Shown one piece after another: positions 1 through 12,050 of a stretch of DNA of 64,000 nt (position 1 is the first letter of the stretch; every line of letters starts with the position of its first letter). A model generated the notes under the pieces. That model made no database searches. It was given only the letters and a program-made list of their open reading frames with translations, and had not been told where the DNA came from. The stretch is from Raillietiella orientalis (taxonomy: Eukaryota). A program made the position numbers and the translations under genes. The stretch covers positions 372,001 through 436,000 of the forward strand of contig JAYWIR010000044.1 in NCBI GenBank assembly GCA_036172245.1, in the 5' to 3' direction.

Positions 1-9
1 AAAGTCTCC

Positions 10-47
10 GTTTCCGGAGCGGAAATGTAGCTTTCAGCGCCATTTTT
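10..47 (+). promoter_or_regulatory. Putative proximal promoter/5' UTR motifs of the F-box gene (ETS-like CGGAA, YY1/Pho-like GCGCCATTTT)
   Basis: ttccggagcggaaat at ~12-26 and gcgccattttt at ~37-47, 50-85 nt upstream of the ATG at 98. Motif match only. Confidence 0.3.
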
Positions 48-97
48 CGATTCAGAGTTGCAGAGCTTGTCATGCCTGAAATGTGAAGTAAACAATT

Positions 98-2460
98 ATG
101 TTGAATGAAGACTGCCTGCTGCAGGTTTTCGGCTATTTGAGCATTGAAGAATTAATAATTTGTGATCAAGGTGGGATTAATTTAAGAAAAAAGCATTCTA
201 TAATTTGTTGAGAATTTCTGATATGCTGTCATAATGCCAACAAAGCCCACCCGTGGTTTTAATTGAAGGTGTGGGAACCTTGTGTTGAACTCTTATTCGG
301 TTATTAGTCTGTTATTTTCAGATCTTTTTCCAAGTTGACATGTGTTTTTTAGTTTCTTATTTCACTGATGTAACTTCCCTGATTAACAACTGTTAATTTA
401 CCATTTTCTCAACTTTCTTATCGAATGCATTACAGTTTTGAACATTTAGTATTCGGTGAACATCATTCTGCTCCAGGACCCCTACTTTCCACGATTCACG
501 TAATAATAAGAATACATGCATATAAGCAGTTTGAAAATTTTATAGCAGATTTTTTGGGTGCTAACACAGCATGACGATGTGATTAGTTAAGCAAAAGCTA
601 ACTGATCACATCGTCATGTTATGTTAAGGCAGGCAAAGTTCTCATATGAAGCTTAATTACTTAATGTGGGATTTTATAAAGGTCATCCTTTGTGACAGTA
701 GCACATTGAGATTAATGTGTTCTTCCTAACATTAGTGTACCCACTGAAAATCTTCGTGTGGATGAACTGTGATGCAAGATGTTTATTTCCACTGAACCTA
801 CATTCTTGTCACATTGATGAAAAGGATGGATGTGATTCAAGCTGATTTCAGTGTGCTTGTGGTGGAGAGAAGTGTTGAAGTCCTTTTGGAGGCATCTTGC
901 TGTTTTGAAAATAACCAAACAATGTCACCAAGTACCTACAGATGACTTCTGCTATTTGGTCAAAAGGCTATGGAATTTGAGAAAGTTGGTTCTGACCCGA
1001 GCATCTTTGCAGTTACCTGCAGGCTGGGTATCATTACTAGGTGAGTGTCTCTGTGCATAAATGTGCTAGTAGCCCTGGATTTGCAGCAAGTCATTGTAAG
1101 AAGTTGGAAGAGCTAAGCATACACATGCAAGCCTTTCATGATGCCGATGTTCTTGTTTCTGCCAGTTTGACTGCTTTGACTGTTGTGAGGCTATCAAGCT
1201 GCCAGCTCACAGATGAAGGGCTCAAGACTCTCTTGAACTGTCAGTTGGAAGAACTTTACCTGTGTGATATACGAGGCATCACATGCAGCACTTTGGAACC
1301 AACCCGGACTCATCTCAAGAAGCTCTCCATAGAGCTCTGTTATGACATCCGCTATCACGGGTTGCTAAATATATTGCAGTGTTGTCCTCTTTTGGAAAAT
1401 TTGCAGTTGTGTAGTGTTCGGTGTTTGCACACACACTCTGATGATGTTTCTAATGACTTGGTTGATTCTGCCACGATGCTAAGTAAGTAGAAAAGCAAAC
1501 ATTCTGTGGAAAATGCCTGCTGCCGTAGAGTTGCCATATCTTAAAACATTGGTGCTTTATCATGTGCGTGGTGCTGTAGTAATTAATCAGCTTGCATCAC
1601 TGTTTGACATGGCTCCAAATGTACGGGACTTGCGTCTGTTTGACTTGATTTGTGATGGCAATGCTTTTTATCAGTTACCTGGGTCTGTGCAGGTACTGCA
1701 TCTTGTAGAGTTGTATGTTGGCTATGACTCTTACCTTCATCTGGGTCAAACGTGTCCAGACATAGAAGAGTTGTGCATCCACTGGCGTGGCATCGAAGAT
1801 GATGTGCTCCATGTTCTCTGCTCAAGATTGAGTCGCCTCCGATATTTCGACATTGCATATACCTCGAGCTGCCACCTGGACCAACAGCTCAGCCTGTGTT
1901 CCAACCTGACTCACCTGGCTGTGGGCTGCAACCCCCAGTGCACTTCCAGCATGATACAGCGCTTGGCTGCATCGTGCACTGGCTTGCGGCACCTTAGTTT
2001 AGCCTGCACGTTCAAGATTCGCAAGCTGTACGTCCACCCCTTGTTCTATTTGCATCATGGCACCTGCTGCAACCTCCTGCAGCTCCTTCCTGGGATCTTG
2101 CAGCTCAGTAGGCTCCACACGCTTTTGCTATGCGGTTGTTCTAAAGTTGATGACGAAGGTAACATTCTCTCTGTATTCACCACGGCTCACATGGTATTTG
2201 CAGCATGCTGTGTGCTGCTCAGTGAGCTGAAAGAGCTGTCGGTGCTAGATGTGAGTTGTTGCAAAGACGTTACCGGCTTGCTGGTGGACAAAGCACATAG
2301 TGCTGCAGAGCAGTACTCGAAAAGCATAACCGTGTTTGCGGCGTACACTCGCTTGAATCGCGAGAGGCGAGGAAGCGTCTCTGTTTATAGGAAGTTCTCG
2401 CCGTGGACGATGCAGCTGTGTGAATTTTTTCTGAAGGAATTCCAAGTGATATTCTGGTGA
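98..2460 (+). CDS. F-box/LRR-repeat protein (FBXL-like), spliced, ~500-514 aa
   Basis: Exons 98-170, 852-1040, 1087-1482, 1529-2158, 2204-2460, all GT..AG and phase 1. Exons 1+2 give the F-box MLNEDCLLQVFGYLSIEELIICDQ-VCLWWREV, followed by cysteine-containing LRRs (LTVVRLSSCQLTDEGLKTL, LHTLLLCGCSKVDDE, LSVLDVSCCKDVT). An in-frame TAA lies just upstream of ATG98. A further ~51-nt intron (2032-2082) is likely. Confidence 0.88.
562..626. other. 28-bp stem / 9-nt loop hairpin in intron 1 of the F-box gene
   Basis: taacacagcatgacgatgtgattagtta-agcaaaagc-taactgatcacatcgtcatgttatgtta. Confidence 0.8.
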
Positions 2461-3824
2461 TTCGCGAGCGTTTTATCATCATCATCATCCCCCTCTCTCC
2501 TCCCCTCCCACTTTTTTGCTACGCGAAAGACGTTCGAGTCCGACGAAAGTGAACGGCCACTCCCTCCACCTCCAGCGGATCGGCGGTCGCTCCGGCGCAC
2601 CCGTGTTCGTTTGTTTTGCCCGTGCTTCCCGAAAGGGCCGTGATCCCGCCAATTTCCCGCCAACCGCCCAGCCACGCGTGCGTTTTCGACTGTTTGCGTT
2701 GTGTGGCACCGACGTTTCGTCACGGGCCGACACCGGCCTGTCCGTGCCATCGGCACGTCGACGACGCTTTTACTGCCTCTCCATCCGAGGCCTCGTGTAC
2801 TTTCCGGACTTACTGTATATTGATAACAGCAAGGCGCCTGAGGCGCCCATGACACCATCCAAAACAAAGTAAACCATTTTGCGAGAGAATAGCTGCCTTT
2901 AAATTCTTCGATTCATCTTCACGTGGTCTTCCTTATGTGGGAACCACAGAATTTTCTTGGGAATGGCGTGCGTACAGTAATGCAAAAACAAGGGATGTAA
3001 GCAGAAGTTTCCATCATCGGTCATCCTTTTAACTCCTGCCCGCGCTGGATGTTTCCGGTGCCTGCGCTGGAACGCTGTACATTGCTGGCACGCCGTTTCG
3101 TTGCTGGCGTGCTGCTTGGGAATTCTGAACTCCCTTAACGTTCCCTTTCTCCGTTTCTTGCATATCCTTAAAATTATGAGGTGGGAACCAAAGCTGGAAG
3201 ATCAGCCATGGTCTTCGGAAGTCCACGGGAAGATAGGAGCCGCAACAAGCCAAAGTCATGGAGCCGAGAGTCGCGTTCGGAGACACAGTGTGGGGATGCT
3301 CATGGAAAAGATCATCTCTGACCTACCTGTGATTTCGATTCGCTGGGTTTTGGTTGCTTTTACTCAAAGTACGCTCAATGCTCCGTCTGCTTGGCAGTTT
3401 TCAACTCCCTTAACGTTCCCCTCCATTTCGTGGCTATCCCAAAATTGGGAACACAAAGCTGGTATGGCATCCCTTTTCTTTTGCAATGCAGAAATCCGAG
3501 CAGGGGTCCTGTGGTTGGCATGTGGTGAAGAATAAGTACGTCCGGTTGGTTAAAATCTTCCCTTCGCCGGCTCCAGACTTTCCTCTTCTATCATCTCCAT
3601 CAGAAACTCATCACCTCGCAGGCAGAAGAAGACCAGGAGGGGTCGCATAGACGAGGGTGTTGGCCTCTGCGTAGGAAATGCTCCGCAGCTGCTTGAGGCG
3701 AGACGTGACGTTCCCTGGATCCTTGCAGTAGTGGGTCCTGCGTATGCCTCAGGCGAGAAGCCGTCATTGTAAAACAAAACTTATTGATCTCAATCTCCGT
3801 ACCATTAACACCGTACACTTTTGT

Positions 3825-4185
3825 AGCGTTCTGAAACGTCCCTTCGTGGTTCTCTTCAGAGTAAACAGGAGCGGATCCCTTGCGGGTTCCCTCCTGGGAA
3901 GAAATTCCTAACAGCGGATCCTTTCCGGAGACATGGAGCGGGTCCCCTCCGGGGGGTCCTTCCGGAGAGAATAAGGAAGGAGATTCCCTTGGGGGATCCC
4001 TCCCCAGGCGTGAGAGAAACGGACTCTGAGCCCTTCCTGGATCCATAGGGCGGTCCCCTCCTGGCGTACCTTACCTATCTTGAAGAATTACACGTACCCT
4101 CGGGTGGTCTGCAACAGCGTCAAAGAGCTGTGTGGGCCTGCAGGCGCGCGACGGTTCTTGAGGTACTCGGCGAACTCAAAAAAAA
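3825..4185 (+). mobile_element. Hairpin-array SINE, 5'-truncated copy with A tail
   Basis: Reverse complement aligns to 21055-21510; ends gacggttcttgaggtactcggcgaactcaaaaaaaa. Confidence 0.8.
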
Positions 4186-4469
4186 TCTGAAAGGCATCAC
4201 AGCGAAGAAAAGAAGCTAAAAGGGATTTCCATGGTCTGTATATACGAATCTCTGCACTCCATTTGCCTTGCCATCATCATCATTGGCTCACTACTTCCAC
4301 CTGAAATACGAGCGGCAAGCATGTGGTTCCACGAAGAATCGAATCTTCCCCCCCCCCCCCCCCCCCTTTTTTTTACTAAAAGAAGACAATTTGGACCTTT
4401 GCATTTTACACGAGCTGCAGTGTCCTTCCGTTCGCGTCAGACAGTTACGACAGTCCGCGGTCTCTAGCA

Positions 4470-5042
4470 GTGCCGTTCGACTTTAGTCGAGGAAGCATGG
4501 ATTCGCGAACGGGAACACTGTACACTAATGCCCTCCCTCCAGAGCATCCTTGCACAGCACAAGCAGTGTCTTTCGAAAGCATTCATTACCTTCGCGGGTC
4601 AACAGCGCGTCCGGCGGGCGGAGCTGACACGCAAACACTGCAAAGGCACAGCCTGGAGCCGGGGAACACATGCAGCTGGAAGAGCATGGGCAACGTCCTC
4701 ACGAGCACGCCACCACTCCGGTTTCCCAGCAACGCATGCACCACTCTCAGCGAAACCTACCCAAACTCAGAAAAGTCCATCAAGCCTTATCAATATGTTT
4801 TCCATGTTCTTCAATGTACATATCAACAGTGTAATCAGCAGCCTATCAATTTTGTTAATGAAATGAATGCCACTGAATCTTAATAGATATATCTGCTCCA
4901 ATAATCGTACTGTTAATAATATGTGTGTTAGCAAATATGAATAGCTACGCATATTAAAATAGATTGATATATTAATCCATGTAGAAGAAGAAATTTATTT
5001 TTTAATGATCTTTCGGGATTTCGATCGCTCGGGATTTTGAAA
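4470..5042 (+). mobile_element. Mutator-like (MULE) DNA transposon 3' remnant
   Basis: Decayed transposase C-terminal-like stretch (SWKSMGNVLTSTP...TYPNSEKSIKPYQ, cf. W..Y..VL...PRTNN / HPNIWKFI), then an AT-rich subterminal block shared with 13800-14040 and 24380-24780, and the terminal motif ttcgggatttcgatcgctcgggattttg. Confidence 0.5.
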
Positions 5043-5199
5043 GGTGTATGGTATGTATGGAATTACATACATGCTCAAGAATACCGTATTTGCTTCCCAC
5101 TTGGATACCAAATATTATTAATATTTTAAATCTGCAAGTCTCCCTCAAAGACATCACTATGGGTGGTGCATTTCGTGTGCCGAGTGTACTACTCCATTG

Positions 5200-5790
5200 A
5201 ATAGAATGGTCCACAGCGTTTCGATTCGTGTCAGCGACTATTTTGTCACTCCGCGAAGTCGCAGCTCCGGGAGGAAATTCTTGACCAGGGAGCGGCGGGC
5301 CGATTGTTCCCAAGAACGCACAAGTAGGGAAGAAGCGGTTCCCGAAGGTAAGCAAAGAGGCGTTCGTGGGGAGGGTCCGCCGGCACGCAGGTCGGTCGCC
5401 CCGAGCCACCGCGACAGGATGGCGGTTGGATCCATGGCCATCAGAATCCCGAAATCTCAGTAGTGGAGAAACTTCCGGACGGCGGGAAGGCGAGAGAGCT
5501 GGTGAACGCCGCCACTCATTCCTGGGGGAGGGAACCCCTTCAGTGGAGAGAACTTCCGAGCAGCGCCTCCTGAAGCACCTATGGTCCCTCCTTCGTTCCC
5601 GGAGACTCCGGTGTTCCCCTCGAAATGGAAGCACTAGGTTTTCACACGGTGATGCTGGGACCCTTGTTTAAAAGGAGTGAACTATAGCTCAGAGGGGAAC
5701 AACGTATTCTCAATACAAGATATGCCAGAAAAGAAGTTCATCGTGGATGGCCACCGGTCAGCAGGACAGCTTCTATAAAAGCAGAACACG
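5200..5790 (-). mobile_element. Possible L1/Tx1 ORF2 C-terminal relic
   Basis: Degenerate zinc-finger-like stretch (RPACRRTL...NRFFPTCAFL); weak. Confidence 0.3.
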
Positions 5791-5959
5791 GAAGGAGTGG
5801 ATTATAAAAAAAATAAAAAAACAGGGAAGAGTAAGGACAGGGTTCTTTGGTTTTCTTCGTTCCTTTCTTTGTAGTAGAGGTTGTGTATGGTAGCGACCTC
5901 ACTCATAACCTCCTCTGGAAGATGAGGCCACCTTGCAGCTGCCTTTATGGAGGTGGCTG

Positions 5960-7450
5960 CCATGCTGGTGGACTCCTTTCGCTGCGAACGAGGCTCTAAC
6001 ACGTGGCGGACTGTCGTCATGGCATGCAGCATCTGATTGCGATTACAGAGCACTTTTGTGGCTTCTATTCTCCGACCCCTGCTTTTTGTTTGCCCGTCCC
6101 CTCCGATGTGGTGAAAAGGACGATGGGCCTCCTTCGAAAAGCCCTCTGGGGCAGTGGGAGGTCCCGAGTCCGATTAAAAGACTTGTATGCTCCTTGTCAC
6201 GACGGAGGACTTGGACTCCTGACGTTAGAGCTCATGGGACGTCAACTGAAATTTCGAAGACTGGCCTCCGTGGCACAGAACTGGGCCATCCATTGGTGCG
6301 TCCCTGCACGTTTGCTCTCCTGGATGGCGGTCGGCGGCGAAGGACTTGCAGCCCTGTTTGCGTTCAGCACCGCCGCCTCCCATCTTCCGGCTTCCCCCTC
6401 CGGTGCATCGCTGCTCTGGTGACAGCGAACAAGTGGATTGGCTGCCGCCCTGCGAACACGCCGACCTGGACGCAGGAGAAAGTGAGGACATGGGCCCAGC
6501 TCACCCGACTCATGCAGGAGGTGCCCCCTGCCGAGAGTTTGAGAAGAACTGCGGAAGAGCATTGGAGGCCGTGGGTAGTGAGCTGACTATGTTGGTCTAC
6601 TCACCAGCCACCCCCTTCGCATCAGCAGTGTCCTCCGCTATCGAAGTACATGACACCGGCCTACCGGTGAAGTGGGAGGTTTCCTGCGAGATCTCGGCCC
6701 GCAGGAATGGGCTTTATCGTTTGCTGGACTCCGAGTCAGCTGGCTGACGCGGCAACAGAAAGAACCGTCTCCAAAGGACTGAAACGTTGGGATGAACTCT
6801 TCTCCATTCGGCCCAAAGAGTTGGAAGTTCCCCCCGTGATTATGGACAAAAAGCTGCTTCCTTCCTCTCAAGTGGCAGCAATCAGCGTTGCTGGTACTCC
6901 ACTGGGGTCTTCCGTGCAATGCGCGCCGGCACCACTGGACAAGGGGGAGCACATCGCCGAACTGTGCAAGGTGTAAAGAGAAGGAGACCTTCTTCAACCT
7001 CTTAGTGCAGTGCGTCGCCCTCCGGGAACTGTGGGAACGTTTCTCCGCGTCCCTTCCGCGCCCCGTGGACGATTCCAGAGACTCTTTGAGGCCCCTCTTC
7101 GTGCGAGACGCCATGACGCCTGTAGCCGCAATCGCAGCGCGGTGCCGTCGCAACGAAGTGCAACGCCGAGAGAGGCCATAGCGACGGGGGGGCTGTCCCG
7201 CACGCCATCCACTTCCTGCAGATAGCTTTGGGATGGCCCCACCTGGAAAGGGAGAAGGAGGAGCTCGCCTGCATCCTTCAACGGATGCAAAGGCCTCACC
7301 CACCACAAAATGTGATCCCTTCACTTCCCCCTAACTAATTTTTGTTTTTTTTTTGTTTTTATTGTTTGTTGTAGTTTGTTTCCTTTTTTTCTATTTTTGT
7401 TTCATCCCCCTCCCTTCGTGGACGTGGTGGACCTCTCCGACTGCCCCCCC
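5960..7450 (+). mobile_element. L1/Tx1-clade LINE, 3' half (thumb + CCHC zinc finger + 3' UTR), frameshifted
   Basis: LRKALWGSGRSRVRLKDLYAPCHDGGLGL; LLVLHWGLPCNARRHHWTRGSTSPNCARCKEKETFFNLLVQC; followed by gtgatcccttc and a T-rich tract. Confidence 0.8.
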
Positions 7451-7459
7451 CCTTTTTTT

Positions 7460-9710
7460 TAGTGTAACCATTGGAATCGGTGGGCCTTTTGGCTCCATCG
7501 ATTCCTGCAAACGCCCTGGTGCACCAGGGTGTGAAATCACGGCGCCCCCATCTTCAGCCTGCCTTTCGTGAAGAAGCTCCGCAGCAATTCGGAAGCGGAA
7601 GGAATCTGCGGATGGCTAAGGCTGGTCTCCACCACTAGTCCTCCAGGAAGTCCAACACGAGGCTCGGGAACGATTCCATGGTCCCGCACCTGGAACAGTA
7701 GGGGGAGGCAGATCTCCCGGAAAGCAGGAGCCTGCGCTGATTGCGCTAAAGTCCCCAGTGTAGAAACAGCAGAGCATTCCGTTTTTCATTGGAGTGGGAA
7801 CATGGAGGCGTCCGCAGGTAGGAGAGAGACCGCGTCTTCTTCAGGGGGCACGCCGAGCAGGTCACTCCATCGAAGAAGTCCCTTCGTCCGTGAACGAGGA
7901 GTGGCGCCGTCCACCAACTCGCTCGTCTTGCAGCCGTCGAGGAATTTCTCGACTCCTGCCATTTTGCAGGAAAACTCCCACCCTGTCGGTTGGCTGTTTG
8001 CCCTGAGGGCAGATTGTGCTGCTGCTATCCGGGACCACTGCGTCCACTGCTTCAGATCTTTCAGCGGTTTGAATAGGAGATTCTGCAGAGGTCACACGCC
8101 GTCAGGCGTTCCAATTTTTGGGACGTCAGGAGATCCATAGTGGACTACCAGAAGCGAGGACAGATACCTCGGGGGGTGGACAAATACCGTTCCCCCTACG
8201 TGGGTTGCGCAGCATCAGCGAAAGAAGTCCTGAGCTTCCAGTGTATTGCCGGAGGAGGCCGCGTGCCTGAGCACACCAGTGACCAGTGGCATCCTGTCAC
8301 AAAGGTTCGGAACTGCACCTGCAGGCCAATCTTGTGGAGGGTCAAGATGCCCAAGACGGCACCCCGGCACGGTGCCACCAAATCTTTCAGTCCGATCCGG
8401 GACTTTACAGCACCCAACCAAGTCCTTCCCTAGGAGGCGCTGCACCTGGATCTTAACCAAATGAGGGGACGGGCAAACAAAAACAAGGGGTGGAAGAGGG
8501 GCAACAAAAGTGTTATAGATAGTAACCCGTTCCGGCAAGAGAAACTTGCTGTTGAGGAACGGGCCAGAGCCATCTCTGCCTCCTGCCTGTCATGCGCCTT
8601 GAGTGAAGGAACGGAGGGAGGGGACATTAGGAATGTCAGGAAGAAGCATCTCCGAGAATGTGCTCTCCGTAGGGACTCCTGTGTAAAGAGAAGAGTAGTA
8701 GTGCTTTACGGTGCGGCGAGCATCAGCTGGAGTTGAGCATCCTTGGTCCTGGTCGTCGAGCATGCAAGCTGCTCCAGACTGCTAGACCTCGTGCTCAGCC
8801 CTCGCCTTGTACTCCGTGAAGCGCCGGACGTCCACGCGTCTGGAGAAATTTCGGGCCTGCAGAAATGCTCTGTTGCCGGCCATACCCTCTCTGAAGCCAA
8901 GCGGAGGTTCAAGAGAAACCAACAGCAGAACTCGCGGACCGATCTCTTGAGATCGTCCCAGTCCGCGAGTTCACGGATGGCGGAGTCTCGCAGGAACCGG
9001 CGGAGATGCTTCTCAGCCTCTTAATGGAGACGTCAGCTTGCTGACATCCTCCAAACGTTGTTCGGAAGTCTCTTTGCGGGCAAGAGAAGCTCGAACTCCA
9101 GCCTGGGATGGTATGAGAGCACGGACAGCGTGCGATCTCTTCTATCCACTCGGAGGAGAAGGCGTTCGTTGAGGAATGCGTGGTCCGACGACGCCTGCAT
9201 CCGAAGTTCACCGTTGAGCAGTTTCTGCGCGTGCACGGACGCGTATACCTCGTCCACCAGCTGCTTTTCCCTCAGATGGCATCGTCTTTCCTCTGAAAGT
9301 AGGTGGACGCTGAGGTCCCTTGCAGTGACGTCCCTTGCAGAGCCAATGGCTCTGCAGGTCATTGAAGAATTCCATATTCCGGTGAACCGTGCACCGCCGC
9401 TCGGCGTCTATGCGTTCGTGAAGACGAGGTCGATGGATTCGGACCAATCGAGGACAAGTTGGCCCACTCGGCCTTTCTCGCCGAACCGAGAGCTGCTCAT
9501 CGCCCCTGCCATCGTGCGATGGACGAGGAACACAACTCCACGCGTTCGTGTAGAGCCTCGCCTCCAGAGAAGCGTTGCGCCTGCGCGCCGCTTGAGCTCG
9601 GCAACCTGACCAGCGGAGATGTTGTGGACCTCCTGCAGGAGCCAACTGGAACCGGTACGGAACGTTAGCCACGCTGCGCCTCTCCTTGCCATCGCGTACC
9701 CAACTGACGC
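7460..9710 (-). mobile_element. L1/Tx1-clade LINE relic: APE endonuclease + thumb + zinc finger, RT core missing
   Basis: APE motifs LLQEVH, TRGVVFLV, GRVGQL, NA*TP, LRVDR, LSYHP, VWRMS; thumb FLLPERVTIYNTFV and RIGLKDLVAPCRGAVLGI; zinc finger LLFLHWGL*RNQRR...PYCSRCGTMESFPSL. Confidence 0.75.
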
Positions 9711-9719
9711 TTCAGCAAG

Positions 9720-10345
9720 AACAGAAGAGAAAAAACAACTTCCCGCATTAATGCTGGGAAGGCGATGGCGTGTTCCTCACACCGTCCGGCGAGTGATGGA
9801 AGCACGAGGTCGCTCTTTTTTTGTTCTAGACCTTTCGGCGCAATCAGCGCCTGCACCTCGTCTCCTGGGGAGTTGCGTCCCCAAACTCTTCCAAATGTAG
9901 GGCGATCGAATCGCTCCCACACCTGGTGCTGGCCAGAGCTGCCCTTCACGCGCTGTGGTGGATGCTGTCTTCGGCGCTCCTGCACCAGGAGGACACCGTC
10001 AAGGACCTGCTGCGGCAGACTCACAGGCCAGGCGCGGCGATCGCAAAGAGATGCCTCATCCGTGTCTCATCTGCAGCCCGTCATGTGCTGGAGTCTCGGG
10101 CGCAGCAAAGGCAGGTCACTCCCACGAAGGCCGCCTTTATGATGACAGCTGCGAGGCGACCTCACCTGGAGCAAGGGGTCGTCAGGAAGGTCGCCGGTTA
10201 CAGGAAATAAAGAGGCTTTCTCGCTCTGTCCCTGCCGTTCCTTTGTTTTTTTGTTTTTTGTCATCTCTCTCCCGCTCCTGACTGACCCAGTGGCCGCCTT
10301 GTGGATTCCCTGAACTTCTTTGGGAACTGCGCGCCCAACGACTCC
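9720..10345 (+). mobile_element. L1/Tx1 3' fragment
   Basis: WKHEVALFLF*TFRRNQR...SPNSSKCRAIESLPHLVLARAALHALWW, homologous to 6860-7180; T-rich tract follows. Confidence 0.65.
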
Positions 10346-10479
10346 GTTTGTTTTTTTTAATGAAATCCAAGATGACCGTCTGCTGTATTATTTTTATCAC
10401 GGAGGTCACTCGTCGCGTGAATGCCCAAGAAGCGTGCAGAGCGTGCAAGAAGGAGAGAGGGGAGAAAAACCCAGCTCCA

Positions 10480-12050
10480 CATGTTCTCCTGTCGAATGCT
10501 GATGCAGCGTCGGGAAGCTGCGAGGCCTGCAGGACGGCGATCTCGAGCGCTCTCGGTTCACGAAAGAGGGACAGGGATGCGCAGCTGAGGAAGGGTTCCG
10601 ATTGCGAACTGAAGTGCACCTTGAAGAGGTTCGAAGTGACAAAGGAAACCCAAATACTCCCACCGTGTGAAGCAGTCTGCAAGTGGCAAGTGTGGTTAAA
10701 TGAGCTCACTGGACTGTAAACCACTGTGGATTCTGTGGAAGGGCATCGACCCTGAAGTGTCTTTCCGCATTTTCCCTCTGGATGGCTTGCTCAACTAGTT
10801 TTTTTTGAGGCGATTTTACTCCCCGGCTGCCTGACTTGGAGAAAATTGGGATGGTGTCCCACGGCAATTTCACGAAGAGTTTCAGGGTGCTGACTGCAGT
10901 GAACCTGCGCAGTAAAGATTCCTGAACCAACCAATTAAATCAAGCCATTGAATTGTCCGTTATCGCGGGTGCTCCAGGCTTTCGTGTTTCAACACCATCC
11001 CCAACGTGTGTCCTCCTTTCTCGAGGAATGCGCGAGAAGCTGTCCTTGCCTCTGTTTCCCATCGTATGGGAAACACCCCAGTTCATGGGATAGCCACTCT
11101 TCTCGCCGTCCCAACATTCGTGTTCATTCCGAACTGCTGAGCACAGTCTGGACGATTTGTCGATAATTGCCCGTCCGGAAAATCAGGCTGTGGCAATGAA
11201 ACTGCGTTTCCTGCTCTCCAATGAACGGTGGAACGGTGGGAAGAACAGTGTGTGTGTGTGTTCTATATATGAATTGGAATCTGTGGAATCTCTTCAAACG
11301 CAGCTTCCAATGTTTCTTTCGCAAAGTTCAGCCGCCGCTTTGGCTCCTAAAGAAAAACTACTACAGTGGTAATTGGGAAAATGGCGTCTTTACGGTCTTA
11401 GCCACGTGTAGACAGATAGCCAAGAGGAACAGCCACTCGAAAACTAGTTAAAATTAGCAATCTCTTGCAGAAAGGTATTTTCCCGGCTGCTCTGCAAGTT
11501 AGTTTGCCTACTCAGATGACCCTTTCGTTTTTGATGTATCCTACCTTGCGCTTCCTCTGTGAGCTTCATACAACTGATCACGATTTATTTGTGCTTGCAT
11601 CGAGCAAAAGCCGTGCCGAGAGTGAATCCATCAAGGCCTTCTTTATTATGGCATGTGATGCATTCCGTTAGGACTACTGGATGTGGTTCGAAGTACACCA
11701 TTCCCAGCTTCATACCCCATTCCCACCATTCCCACCGCATAGTATTGTCCGTCGTCGTTTGGAGCAACCTGGGATCCTATATGCCCACTAAGGAGGATGC
11801 TGGAGCTCCTCTATGAAAAAAAAAATGGAGATGATCTTCTGCACTTGCTCCCTTTTCTTCGTCTTACCCCTTTCAGTGCCTCAGCAGAAGATTCGTAGCG
11901 ACAGGTGGTTTTGCTTTCACTGTCTTTCCGTCATTCTGGAGCAGCAGACACGGAAAATGATGGCTTCTGCATCCATGGTTCTTCTCGAAACTCGTCTTGA
12001 TCCTGACCAGCTCTCTTCGCTTTGTTTAGTCATCATGGTTTAGAGCTCCC
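10480..12050 (-). mobile_element. Penelope-like element relic (RT C-terminus + GIY-YIG region)
   Basis: HSLIFRTG..IVQ, KSGYPMNWV (NGYP motif), TLKLFVKLPWDTIPIFSKSG, REPRALEIAVL; many stops and frameshifts. Confidence 0.45.
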
